DNA from: Thermodesulfobacteriota bacterium
Lineage (GTDB): Bacteria > Desulfobacterota > WTBG01 > JAGOGO01
Assembly: GCA_026625185.1 (NCBI GenBank)
Contig: CP113000.1
Location: 2,982,651 to 3,014,650 of the forward strand
Direction: 5' to 3'
Length of the DNA: 32,000 bases
Positions 18,255 through 27,467 of this stretch are shown here, in pieces. Position numbers and translations under genes: made by a program. Every line of letters begins with the position of its first letter. The stretch's first letter is position 1. The notes under the pieces are model-generated. The model did no database searches. It saw only the letters and a list, made by a program, of their open reading frames with translations, and was not told the origin of the DNA.

Positions 18255-18614
18255 CTAAACATCAGAAGCAGAAATAACCGCCGGATAGCAGCTTGCCCGA
18301 CTAAAAAGATTTGCCGCTTCTGGCGAAGCTTTGGTTTTATAAAGTCGGTACGCGGGCAAAAGGAGAAAATATAACCCTACCCAAAAAGCACCAAAAACAT
18401 AAGCAGTGCTGAGAGGGTTCGGAATAAACCAACACCGCAAAAAACTTGAGGGTGCCGTAGGAACCAATAAAAAAATGATGATTATCAGCGCGCCATGGAA
18501 GCCAAACCCAACCGGAATGTTCCTCGCCCGATCCTGAAGGTCTTCCTCCCCATCGGACCAATTACTGGCAAAATTTTGTCCGCCCATCTCCCGTAATGTT
18601 AGATATTCCCTCAA
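18255..18614 (-). CDS. small membrane protein of unknown function (3' end uncertain)
   Basis: 119 aa with two hydrophobic helices. Its start overlaps the upstream methyltransferase stop by 4 nt. Another frame continues with a further TM-like segment to a TAG at 18185-18187, next to the hairpin. Confidence 0.55.
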   Translation of the reverse strand: MREYLTLREMGGQNFASNWSDGEEDLQDRARNIPVGFGFHGALIIIIFLLVPTAPSSFLRCWFIPNPLSTAYVFGAFWVGLYFLLLPAYRLYKTKASPEAANLFSRASCYPAVISASDV

Positions 18615-19297
18615 CGAGAAAGCGCGGGTCCCGAATAATCTTTCACGTGAGAATTATAAATTATTATATCATTAAATTCTTCCGATTCATATATATCAGG
18701 AACGGTCTTCACCTTAAAACGGGCCACGGGCGTAAAAAGGTCCTCAGGAAATCGTTTTACGCGGGAATCCGCAAGAAGAATGAAACACTGCAAAGCCAAA
18801 GAACTGAGCCAGGATATATTTTTTTGATCATAACAAACATCTCCGGCGATGACCACATCAAAATCAAAGTCTTGATCGGAGAATATGATTTCTTCAAGAG
18901 TTGTTATAGTAACCTGATTTAAATCAGCGTTTGCCTGAATAGCTTTACGCGCCTCAGGATCAATGTCGCAAGCAACGACAGTGCAAGCGCCGGCTTTTGC
19001 CGCGGCGATTCCGGCAACCCCGGAGCCGGCGCCAAAATCAAGCACCTTCTTATCCTGCACCAACGCTCGGTTATCAAGAATAAAGCGGGCTAACGCCTGA
19101 CCGCTGGCCCAGCAAAACGCCCAATAAGGTGGAGAAGCGATATTAGCATTGAATTCAAACCGGGAAACCGGCTCTTTCGGGTAATCTTCCTCCAAAAGAA
19201 ATAGATTTATTTCCGAGCATAGGGGCAGAGGGCGAGCCACTATCTTGGTTTCTTTTAATACACTGTCGTTGCGAATCGCAAGCGCCGCATTTCTCAT
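18611..19297 (-). CDS. class I SAM-dependent methyltransferase (PrmA-related, COG3897-like)
   Basis: PPYWAFCWASGQALARFIL, then VLDFGAGSGVAGIAAAKAGA (motif I), ACDIDP and VVIAGDVCY. Confidence 0.8.
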   Translation of the reverse strand: MRNAALAIRNDSVLKETKIVARPLPLCSEINLFLLEEDYPKEPVSRFEFNANIASPPYWAFCWASGQALARFILDNRALVQDKKVLDFGAGSGVAGIAAAKAGACTVVACDIDPEARKAIQANADLNQVTITTLEEIIFSDQDFDFDVVIAGDVCYDQKNISWLSSLALQCFILLADSRVKRFPEDLFTPVARFKVKTVPDIYESEEFNDIIIYNSHVKDYSGPALSR

Positions 19298-19538
19298 AAA
19301 TCACCAATACAATTCAAAAAAATTTCTATTGCTCAGTGGTTATAGGGTTGGAACTATAAAACCCAATCATTTCAGAAGGTTTTTAAAACCCTAAGAAAAA
19401 AACCATTTTGACTTCTAAGCTTTTTCACCTATTCAGGCAAAAACGAGAAAATTTCACGAGAAATCTTTTAAAGCCACCGTAGTTAGAGTATAATTTTTAA
19501 ATATAAAAATAAACAAAAAGTTTAATCGCTTAAAATCA

Positions 19539-21092
19539 ATGCTTCTCCTTATCCATCCCCCACTCACAAAGCCGTGTGAACCTCCCCCAGGAATAGCCAA
19601 AATCAAGGGAGTGTTGAATCATTTTGGCGTTAAGGTTACACTGCTCGATGCTAATATCGAAGGCGTGCTTCACCTGTTTAAAACTTCGGTTGAATTAAAA
19701 GATACCTGGACGAAACGCGCTTCCAAAAATTTTTCTACCCATTTGGCTTCTCTTAAATCTTTTTCTACTTATCAAAATCTGGACCGTTATAAACGTGCGG
19801 TGAATGATTTGAATCACCTTGTGGAGGTCGTAGCTCATGCACAAGGTGCGCGCCTGAGCCTCACCAACTACCATGATGAGAAACTTTCTCCGGTAAAAAG
19901 CAAAGATTTAATTAAGGCAGCCCAGAACCCGGAAAAAAACCCTTTTTCCCCTTACTTTAAAAATCGGTTATTAAAAATTTTAGACCACCACCAACCATCC
20001 GCAGTGGGGTTTTCTTTAAATTATTTAAGTCAAGCTCTCTGCACCTTTGCTATGGTTGGTTGGTTAAGGCAGGAATGTCCCGGCCTAAAATTAATTCTCG
20101 GTGGTGGACTGGTAACCTCGTGGGTTAAAAAACCAGGGTGGAAAAATCCCTTTATGGGCTTAATCGATCACCTGGTAGCCGGGCCAGGTGAATACCCCTT
20201 GCTTTGCCTGCTGGGAATTACCAATCATAAAAATTCCTCTTCCTTACCCGATTATACACCATTACCATTAGGCGAATATCTTGCCCCTGGATTTATCCTT
20301 CCCTACAGCGCTTCCACCGGCTGTTACTGGAACAAATGTTCATTCTGTCCTGAAAGAGCGGAAGGCAATCCTTATGAGCCGGTTCCGGTTGAAAAGGTGT
20401 TAACCGACCTTCAGACCCTGGCCACCCAGACAAAACCCGTTTTAATCCATTTTCTGGATAACGCGCTCAGCCCCACGCTTCTGACCGCCCTTTATTCCCA
20501 TCCCCTACACGTCCCCTGGTATGGTTTTGCCCGAATAACACCACACCTCACTGATCCTGACTTTTGTCGTGCCTTAAAACAATCCGGGTGCGTGATGCTC
20601 AAGCTCGGGCTGGAATCCGGCGATCAGGAAGTGCTCGACTCCCTGAACAAAGGTATTAACCTCACGGAAGCCTCCCAGGCTTTAAAAACATTAAAAAGAG
20701 CGGGGATCGCAACCTATGTGTATTTGATTTTTGGAACCATCGCGGAAAACTACGCCTCCGCAAAAAAAACCCGTGATTTTGTGATAAAGCATTGCGATGA
20801 CATTGACTTCTTAAACCTGGCTATTTTCAACTTGCCGGTTTATGGGCCGGAGGTTGAAAAGGTAGAGGCAAAAAATTTCTATGACGGTGACCTTTCTCTT
20901 TATACTGATTTTCTGCACCCACAAGGCTGGAACCGAAATCAGGTTCGCGAATTTTTAGACAAAGAATTCACCCGTCATCCCGCGATTGCTTCAATCATTC
21001 GAAAAGACGCGCCTTTTTTTACTTCCAATCACGCTCCTTTTTTTGTTATAAAAAGTCAGCGCCCTGTGAACTCAAATTTTTCTTTGCCATAA
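19539..21092 (+). CDS. B12-binding-domain radical SAM protein
   Basis: The N-terminus LLLIHPPLTKPCEPPPGIAKIKGVL resembles a cobalamin-binding domain. The cluster motif is GCYWNKCSFC (C-x4-C-x2-C), followed by a GLESGD-type TIM barrel. 517 aa. Confidence 0.8.
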   Translation: MLLLIHPPLTKPCEPPPGIAKIKGVLNHFGVKVTLLDANIEGVLHLFKTSVELKDTWTKRASKNFSTHLASLKSFSTYQNLDRYKRAVNDLNHLVEVVAHAQGARLSLTNYHDEKLSPVKSKDLIKAAQNPEKNPFSPYFKNRLLKILDHHQPSAVGFSLNYLSQALCTFAMVGWLRQECPGLKLILGGGLVTSWVKKPGWKNPFMGLIDHLVAGPGEYPLLCLLGITNHKNSSSLPDYTPLPLGEYLAPGFILPYSASTGCYWNKCSFCPERAEGNPYEPVPVEKVLTDLQTLATQTKPVLIHFLDNALSPTLLTALYSHPLHVPWYGFARITPHLTDPDFCRALKQSGCVMLKLGLESGDQEVLDSLNKGINLTEASQALKTLKRAGIATYVYLIFGTIAENYASAKKTRDFVIKHCDDIDFLNLAIFNLPVYGPEVEKVEAKNFYDGDLSLYTDFLHPQGWNRNQVREFLDKEFTRHPAIASIIRKDAPFFTSNHAPFFVIKSQRPVNSNFSLP

Positions 21093-21113
21093 AAAGGTTA
21101 AAACAATTATTTA

Positions 21114-22880
21114 ATGAAAGCATTTCGGACGGTTTTTCCCTATCTGAGAAAACATATCTGGGTTTTGATTGCCGGGTTGTCTTCCCTGCTCATGGTGGAT
21201 CTTCTCCAGCTTCTTATTCCCCGCATTATCAAGGGAGTCGTTGATGACCTGACCCAAGGGACAATAACGAGCGGTGTTTTGCTGACATATGGATTCAAGG
21301 TAATCGGCCTGGCGATTTTTATTGCCGTTTTCCGATTTGTTTGGCGTTACTGCATTTTGGGGACCTCGCATCGAATTGAAAAAGCGTTGCGTCTCCGTCT
21401 TTTTTCTCACCTCCAAACCCTTCCCTTAAAATTTTTAAACCAATTCACTACGGGCGATATTATGGCCCACGCCACCAACGACCTCAATGCGATAAGAATG
21501 GCGCTGGGCATGGCGTTGGTCGCGATGGTTGACGGTATCCTTTTGAGTTTAATGGCAATGGGGTTTATGGCCCACATTAGCCTGAGCCTTACCTTATACG
21601 CGCTTATCCCCGGACCGTTTTTGGTTATTCTCACCAATCGGGTCGGGAAACAAGTGCATGATCGTTTTTTAAAAGTCCAGGAAAGCTTTTCACTGCTCAC
21701 CGAAAAAGTGCGGGAAAACTTTGCCGGCATCAGGGTTATTAAAGCCTACGTTCAAGAGCACGATCGGTTAAACAAGTTCAGCGCCGTCAGCAGTGCATTC
21801 GTTCAAAAAAATATCAACCTCGTCCGCATCTGGAGTTTCTTTTTCCCCTTGGTACTGGGACTAATCAACCTCAGCCTCGCCATCGTCCTTATCTTAGGTG
21901 GAAAGAAAACCATCCTGCTCACGATCACCCCCGGTGATTTTGTGGCCTTCATGAGCTACCTCGGAATTTTAACGTGGCCGATGATCGCCCTCGGGTGGGT
22001 TTTTAATCTCCTTGAGCAGGGAGCCGCGTCAATGAAACGGGTAAACACCTTGTTGGAAAACCCCGCTGAACCCTCTTGCTATCCACCTCCCGCTGCCCTA
22101 AAACGGCTGGAAGGGAAAATTGAATTTAACAACCTGTCGTTTTCCTTCAATGGCGGCCCTCCGGTTTTGAAAAATATTAACCTCACCATTAATCCCGGAG
22201 AGCGAGTTGCTCTTGTCGGCCGTGTCGGCTCCGGAAAAACCACGCTCCTCAATCTCCTCTTTCGGCTCTACGAAATAAAGGAAGGAAATATCCGGTTGGA
22301 TGGCGTTGATATCAAAACGATCCCTCTCGAAACCTTGCGCACCAATATCGGTTATGTCCCCCAGGACACTTTTCTTTTTTCTGACACGATTAAAGAAAAT
22401 ATCATTTATGGATCCCCGCACGGTTCAATTGAAACCATGATTGCGGTCTCCAAAGCCGCTGAAATTTATGGTGAGATTCTCACGTTTTCACATCAGTTTG
22501 AAACCCTGGTGGGAGAAAAAGGAGTGATCCTTTCCGGCGGCCAAAAGCAGCGGATCGCCATTGCCCGCGCTCTGGTAATGGATTCCCCACTCCTTATCTT
22601 TGATAACGCCCTTTCGTCCGTTGACACGGAAACGGAAGAAAAAATCATAACCAATTTTAAGCCGTTACTATCCCAAAGAACCACCATTATTGTTACCCAT
22701 CGGGTATCATCAATCAAAGACGCTGACTGCATTTACGTCATGGATGAGGGATCAATTAAGGAACAAGGCAATCACGAGTCCCTTATGGCACAGGGCGGAA
22801 TTTATGCGGAAATGTTCCGCCGGCAATTAATTGAAAGAGAACTTGAAACCGCACAGGAAACGGCCAATCATGAACCCTGA
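21114..22880 (+). CDS. ABC exporter, fused permease/ATPase half-transporter (MdlA/MsbA-like)
   Basis: Six-TM domain, Walker A GRVGSGKTT, signature LSGGQKQR, Walker B LLIFDNALS. The D-to-N change in Walker B suggests a degenerate site in a heterodimer. Confidence 0.9.
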   Translation: MKAFRTVFPYLRKHIWVLIAGLSSLLMVDLLQLLIPRIIKGVVDDLTQGTITSGVLLTYGFKVIGLAIFIAVFRFVWRYCILGTSHRIEKALRLRLFSHLQTLPLKFLNQFTTGDIMAHATNDLNAIRMALGMALVAMVDGILLSLMAMGFMAHISLSLTLYALIPGPFLVILTNRVGKQVHDRFLKVQESFSLLTEKVRENFAGIRVIKAYVQEHDRLNKFSAVSSAFVQKNINLVRIWSFFFPLVLGLINLSLAIVLILGGKKTILLTITPGDFVAFMSYLGILTWPMIALGWVFNLLEQGAASMKRVNTLLENPAEPSCYPPPAALKRLEGKIEFNNLSFSFNGGPPVLKNINLTINPGERVALVGRVGSGKTTLLNLLFRLYEIKEGNIRLDGVDIKTIPLETLRTNIGYVPQDTFLFSDTIKENIIYGSPHGSIETMIAVSKAAEIYGEILTFSHQFETLVGEKGVILSGGQKQRIAIARALVMDSPLLIFDNALSSVDTETEEKIITNFKPLLSQRTTIIVTHRVSSIKDADCIYVMDEGSIKEQGNHESLMAQGGIYAEMFRRQLIERELETAQETANHEP

Positions 22881-24966
22881 AGCCGACAAATTTTCAAAAG
22901 ACCAATTTGTCGAGACCATTGATATACGGCTTCTCTGGCGTTTAGCGCGTTACCTGAAGCCCTTTACGAAAAACTTGGTCATTGCCGGAATACTGGTCGG
23001 TATAATCACAGGGATCGAGCTTTTGCTGCCTTACTTAACCAAGGTAGCCATTGACACCTATATTCTCAACAGCGCCCGAAAGGTAGTGCTCCCACCCCAG
23101 GAACCCCTGGCACAAAAAACGATAACCAACTACCGGCCATTTCTTATGCCCACCCGCGATCGGGAAGTTTTTTTCGTGGCCGGAAAAGATATCGACCGGA
23201 TTGACAAAAGGGATATCGCGCTTCTTAAACAAAAGGGTTTTCTGAAAGAGACCCGCTATTATCCCGCTGATACGACGGTTGCCGAGCAACACCGGCTCCT
23301 ACAGCCTGGTCTTTCAACCGGCTCGCGCACGATGTTTATCCCCTACGATCATCTCCAAACCATTCCCAAAGATCAGCTTGCGCAGATACGGAAATCGGAT
23401 ATTACCGGGGTTATGTGGATTGGAATTATATTTATTTTTCTCCTCCTCATTGACTTTGTTTGTTCGTACTTTCAAATCTTCATCCTTGAATGTATCGGAC
23501 AAAAAGTAATGCACCATCTCCGCATCGAGCTTATGGCTCACCTGCAAGGTCTTTCCCTTCATTTTTTTGAACACACACCCGTGGGAAGGCTTGTTACCCG
23601 AGTCACCAACGATATAAGCAATCTCGAAGATTTGGTTTCCTCCATCCTCATCGATTTTTTAAAGGATATCATCCTCCTTTTTGGAATTATGGGAGTCATG
23701 CTTCTTTTAAACTGGAAATTGGCGCTCATCTGCTTTTCTCTGTTGCCCCTGGTTTTTGGACTCACGATTTTCTTCAGCATAAAAGCCCGCTCTGCCTATC
23801 GTGAAGTGCGGAGGTTGCTGGCGCAGATAAATTCTTACATCCAGGAAAATTTCTCCGGAATTTTAGTGATAAAAATTTTCAACCGTCACAAAGAAAATAT
23901 TAAACGCTTTGAAAACATCAACACCGCCTACTATGCCGCCAACATCAAGCAAATTGTGGTCTTTGGCCTTTTTATGCCGGGAGTCGAGCTTTTAAGCGCT
24001 TTAACCGTCGCCCTCCTCATCTGGCAAGGAGGAGGTCAAACGATCTCACAAGCGGTAAGCCTCGGCGTTTTGGTCGCGTTCCTTTATTATATTCAAAAGA
24101 TGTTTCAACCGATCCGGTTTTTCGCGGAAAAATATAATGTCCTTCAATCCGCATTAGCCTCAGCGGAACGGATTTTTACTCTGCTGGACGAAAAAGATGC
24201 GCAGCCGGATTCTCCCCATCCTCAAACGTTACCCGCGGTGCGGGGAAAAATCGAATTTAAAAACGTATTCTTCGCCTATAAGGAAAACGAACCGATTCTC
24301 AAAAATATCTCTTTTCACATCCGTGATGGTGAAACCGTGGCGGTTGTCGGCCCCACCGGAGCCGGAAAATCAACTCTGGTTAAATTATTGGCCCGCTTTT
24401 ATGACATCCAGGAAGGTGAAATCCTTGTGGATGGAGTAAATATTCAGTCACTGAAAAAAGATTTTCTCCGCTCAAATATCGGAGTGGTAATGCAGGATCC
24501 CTTTGTTTTCGCGGAAAGCATTAAATATAATATTTGCCTGGGAAATACCACGATTTCAGACCAGGAGGTGGAACAAATTTCCCAGGCCGTTAATGCTGAC
24601 CGGTTTGTTAATAAACTAAATAACAAATTTGATGAGGTCGTGGCAGAGGAAGGAAACAACCTCTCAACCGGCGAGCGTCAACTTCTTACCTTTGCCCGCG
24701 CTTTGGCCTTTAACCCCCCGATTCTGGTGCTTGATGAAGCGACCTCGAATATTGACCCCGAGACCGAACGACTCATTCAGGACGCGTTGGTCCGTTTAAC
24801 GAAGCAACGGACCTCCCTCATCATCGCCCACCGCCTCTCAACCATTCAACGGGCCGATAGAATATTAGTGCTCCATAAAGGCAAGATACGGGAAGAAGGC
24901 ACCCATGAAGAGCTGATCGCCAAAAAGGGAATCTACTATCGCCTCTATCAATTACAGTATCAATAA
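22870..24966 (+). CDS. ABC exporter, fused permease/ATPase half-transporter (MdlB-like partner)
   Basis: ATG at 22870 overlaps the upstream stop by 11 nt; the ORF-track TTG is at 22831. Walker A GPTGAGKST, signature LSTGERQ, Walker B ILVLDEATS. There is a ~110-aa insertion between TM1 and TM2. Confidence 0.9.
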   Translation: MNPEADKFSKDQFVETIDIRLLWRLARYLKPFTKNLVIAGILVGIITGIELLLPYLTKVAIDTYILNSARKVVLPPQEPLAQKTITNYRPFLMPTRDREVFFVAGKDIDRIDKRDIALLKQKGFLKETRYYPADTTVAEQHRLLQPGLSTGSRTMFIPYDHLQTIPKDQLAQIRKSDITGVMWIGIIFIFLLLIDFVCSYFQIFILECIGQKVMHHLRIELMAHLQGLSLHFFEHTPVGRLVTRVTNDISNLEDLVSSILIDFLKDIILLFGIMGVMLLLNWKLALICFSLLPLVFGLTIFFSIKARSAYREVRRLLAQINSYIQENFSGILVIKIFNRHKENIKRFENINTAYYAANIKQIVVFGLFMPGVELLSALTVALLIWQGGGQTISQAVSLGVLVAFLYYIQKMFQPIRFFAEKYNVLQSALASAERIFTLLDEKDAQPDSPHPQTLPAVRGKIEFKNVFFAYKENEPILKNISFHIRDGETVAVVGPTGAGKSTLVKLLARFYDIQEGEILVDGVNIQSLKKDFLRSNIGVVMQDPFVFAESIKYNICLGNTTISDQEVEQISQAVNADRFVNKLNNKFDEVVAEEGNNLSTGERQLLTFARALAFNPPILVLDEATSNIDPETERLIQDALVRLTKQRTSLIIAHRLSTIQRADRILVLHKGKIREEGTHEELIAKKGIYYRLYQLQYQ

Positions 24967-25102
24967 CTATTCAATTTTTTTTATCATATAAACAAGGTGA
25001 AGTATTTTCCCAAGAAATAAAAAACCCAACCCGGGAATTTAGGTTAAAAAAATGTTTTAAAATTTAAGGAAAAAATATTTAATTTACCGTACAAATAAGA
25101 AA

Positions 25103-25140
25103 GCCAAATCACCTGATTTGAAGGTGATGGCCTTTTTTGT
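25103..25140 (+). terminator. Rho-independent-terminator-like hairpin plus T tract; first block of repeat module copy 2
   Basis: GCCAAATCACC-TGATTTGA-AGGTGATGGCC followed by TTTTTTGTTTTG. It is collinear with 8429-8470, and the stem changes are compensatory. Confidence 0.55.
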
Positions 25141-25340
25141 TTTGTGCCGAGATCCGGGATGCATAAAAATTAATCCCCTCTTTGAGAGGGGTATCACCAC
25201 GTGAAGGGGTGTGTAAAGTTCCGGGGTATTATATTGATCCATATAAGAATATTTAAAATAGATTATATTAACAATAGTTAGGTTTCTTATACGGATTAGG
25301 CAACCAATTTGGGGCCTTATATTGATCCGTATAATAACTG
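25103..25340 (+). repeat. Composite repeat module, copy 2
   Basis: One CCCCTCT/AGAGGGG hairpin plus a GGGGT-ATCAC-CAC-GTGAA-GGGGTGTGTAAA unit (25175-25216). 19-nt motifs at 25229-25247 and 25316-25334, with a partial inverted copy at 25286-25296. TATATTAACAAT-AGTTAGG at 25264-25282. Confidence 0.8.
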
Positions 25341-25376
25341 TTCTACGTAACAAATATAAATTAAGACAATACAAAG

Positions 25377-26570
25377 ATGATCAATTACTCAGCTTTTATA
25401 AACGAATTCTCAGAACACTGCCCTTTCGAGGCGTTCTATGAAAAAGGCATTACTTCAGACGATATAAAAGCAGCCATACTCAAGACTTTTGAACCCTATT
25501 TTGAAAACCAGGAACGACTAAAAGAATATTCCATGCTATGGCTAATCGGTGGTTGGGTTAACTTTTCCAAATTTAAGACAAATCAATGGCACTTTGATAA
25601 ATTTGAAAAATGCCTGGCTTTTCTGAATCAGGCGAAGAAACAAAATGTGCCGTGCTGTAACATTGTTGCCGAGTGGCTTCCAGAATTTAACAGAGGTCTT
25701 TCAAAATTCTGGAGCTTCAGAAAATTGTCTAAGGATTTGGAAGAATTAGATAACGAAGAGTTCTTAGAAGAGAGTTTAAAGCTGATTGGTCAAATTACAG
25801 AAGGCATAACGAAAGCATACCTCAGATGCCTGCTGCATATAAGCAGAGTTTCAAGGGGGCAGCAGGTTAGCAAACAGACGATTATAAATCTTGATTTGGG
25901 CATTGTTGTTGATGAATTAATCAGAAACACCAGTTTTCCCGAATTGTTTTCGCCCCCACCGTGGAACATTAAATTAAGCCAGTGGCGAAATATTGCATAT
26001 CATCATAATGCAAAACTCGAAAACGATAATTTTCTTTGCTGGTAGGGGAAAGATCCGAATATAAGGACATGCACGCTTAGCCGAAATGAACTACTTGAGG
26101 CAGTGCGGTCCATTTTCAACATCTATAACGTCTTTCTAAATGTTGAACTAGTTTATGTCTTTGACAACTTGCCTGAATACCAAGCTGCACTCACTGCCGC
26201 TGGGATAGCAGACACTAGTTTACGAGAGGAAGCAAGTATTCTCGACCTTTTCGCTGGCATAAATTCTCAAGGCTTCAAAATTATCGACTTTTCTAAAGAT
26301 GACACTGGCTGCAAATTGACAGTTCAAGATATGACTGACGGAGATATCAAGAGGCGCGCAATTCATTCGTCACAGTTTCTATATTCGTTGTGGTTCTATA
26401 CTCAATCGCCACAACTGAGTGTTGAGTACAGACTGAAAAATGGACAATCCTATCTAATTTCCAGGACAAATAAAGACGTTTGTGAAAAGATTGGTAATAA
26501 CGAACGCGGTATAGAGTATCTTGCGGAAAAAGTCGAATTCAAATTTATAAATAATGATACAAAAACGTAG
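25377..26570 (+). pseudogene. 397-codon reading frame with a HEPN-like Rx4H motif, interrupted by one in-frame TAG (26043-26045)
   Basis: The ORFs at 25377..26045 and 26103..26570 share one frame (26103-25377=726). Only the TAG separates them, and the second ORF has no ATG or SD. RNIAYH lies at codons 204-209 (25986-26003). Confidence 0.6.
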
Positions 26571-26650
26571 AACAATCAAATCCACTGGACAGCGAATAGC
26601 CGCTTTTTTGAATTCAATAGCCGGTTGCCGCTGCCAGTGATTTGTTCCGT
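26567..26650 (+). other. attC-like 84-bp imperfect palindrome overlapping the ORF stop codon
   Basis: GTAGAAC (26567-26573) faces GTTCCGT (26644-26650). Pairing blocks are AACAA/TTGTT, ATC/GAT, CACTGG/CCAGTG and CAGCG/CGCTG, with unpaired bases. Same length as the attC at 11413-11496. Confidence 0.45.
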
Positions 26651-26922
26651 TACGAGAAAATAAAATTGTTGATTTTCAATAACGTTCCAAGCTATTCATT
26701 CGATCATAAAAAATGATTAACTACCACAATGATTCTATTAAACGATAGGTTCAAAGCAAATACCTTGGAGGGAAAAACATGGAAGAAATTAACGCCTTCA
26801 TTAAGTTTGCGAATGAAAATAAATCGCGCTGCTAAAAAAAGCTAAAAAATCCATTAAACTTCTCGAGGCAATCAGACAGCGAGAAGTTGTAACCCAACTG
26901 TATTTCAGGTCGGAGCATACTT

Positions 26923-27414
26923 ATGACAAATAACGATATTTTGCGCCGTATCCGCTTCACCTTCGACTTTAACGACTCGAAAATGATCGCTCTCTTTGGA
27001 CTGGCTGATTATCAGGTAACTCGGTCGCAGATCACCGATTGGTTAAAAAAAGAGGATGATCCAGCGTATCAAAAATGCAGCGACACGCAGCTGGCAATTT
27101 TTCTCAATGGCTTAATTATCAACCGACGGGGCAAAAAAGAAGGACCACAACCCGAACCGGAGAAGCGTTTAACGAACAACACCATTTTCATGAAATTAAA
27201 AATCGCATTAAACCTGAAATCCGAAGATGTATTGGAGATTATGGACCTGGCTAATTTCCACATGAGCAAACCCGAATTAAGCGCGTTTTTTCGCAGGCCG
27301 GATCATAAACACTACCGTGACTGTAACGATCAAATTTTACGTAATTTTCTAAAAGGCATACAGCTAAAATATCGCGCCCCCATTCAAATGAAAGAAGCAC
27401 CCAAAAAGAAGTAG
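26923..27414 (+). CDS. DUF1456-family protein (YehS-like)
   Basis: 163 aa made of two repeats of the NDILRRIRF / IFMKLKIALNL type. Overall resemblance to E. coli YehS, judged from memory. Confidence 0.7.
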   Translation: MTNNDILRRIRFTFDFNDSKMIALFGLADYQVTRSQITDWLKKEDDPAYQKCSDTQLAIFLNGLIINRRGKKEGPQPEPEKRLTNNTIFMKLKIALNLKSEDVLEIMDLANFHMSKPELSAFFRRPDHKHYRDCNDQILRNFLKGIQLKYRAPIQMKEAPKKK

Positions 27415-27467
27415 TTGATAACCGACGTCAGACAAAAATACCGAACCATACTCCTCGTGAGTTTAAG

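Noticed and set aside
8429-25340. The two module copies as boundaries of a 16.9-kb genomic island
   Set aside because: The interval contains essential and core genes (secA, argJ, hemW) with ordinary composition, and no integrase or transposase apart from the decayed intI. The direct repeats are better seen as dispersed copies than as island ends.
25084-25374. 96-aa minus-strand ORF
   Set aside because: It is composed entirely of repeat module copy 2 and the terminator-like hairpin, and has no RBS. The analogous ORF 8664..8918 lies over copy 1 and the mazE promoter. Both are by-products of the repeat.
26043-26045. TAG as a recoded sense codon (pyrrolysine or stop-codon reassignment)
   Set aside because: TAG terminates rseP (780-782) and the same ORF at 26568-26570. 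No pyl genes or other in-frame TAGs were seen in the conserved genes of the window. Nonsense mutation, leaky readthrough or sequencing error is more parsimonious.
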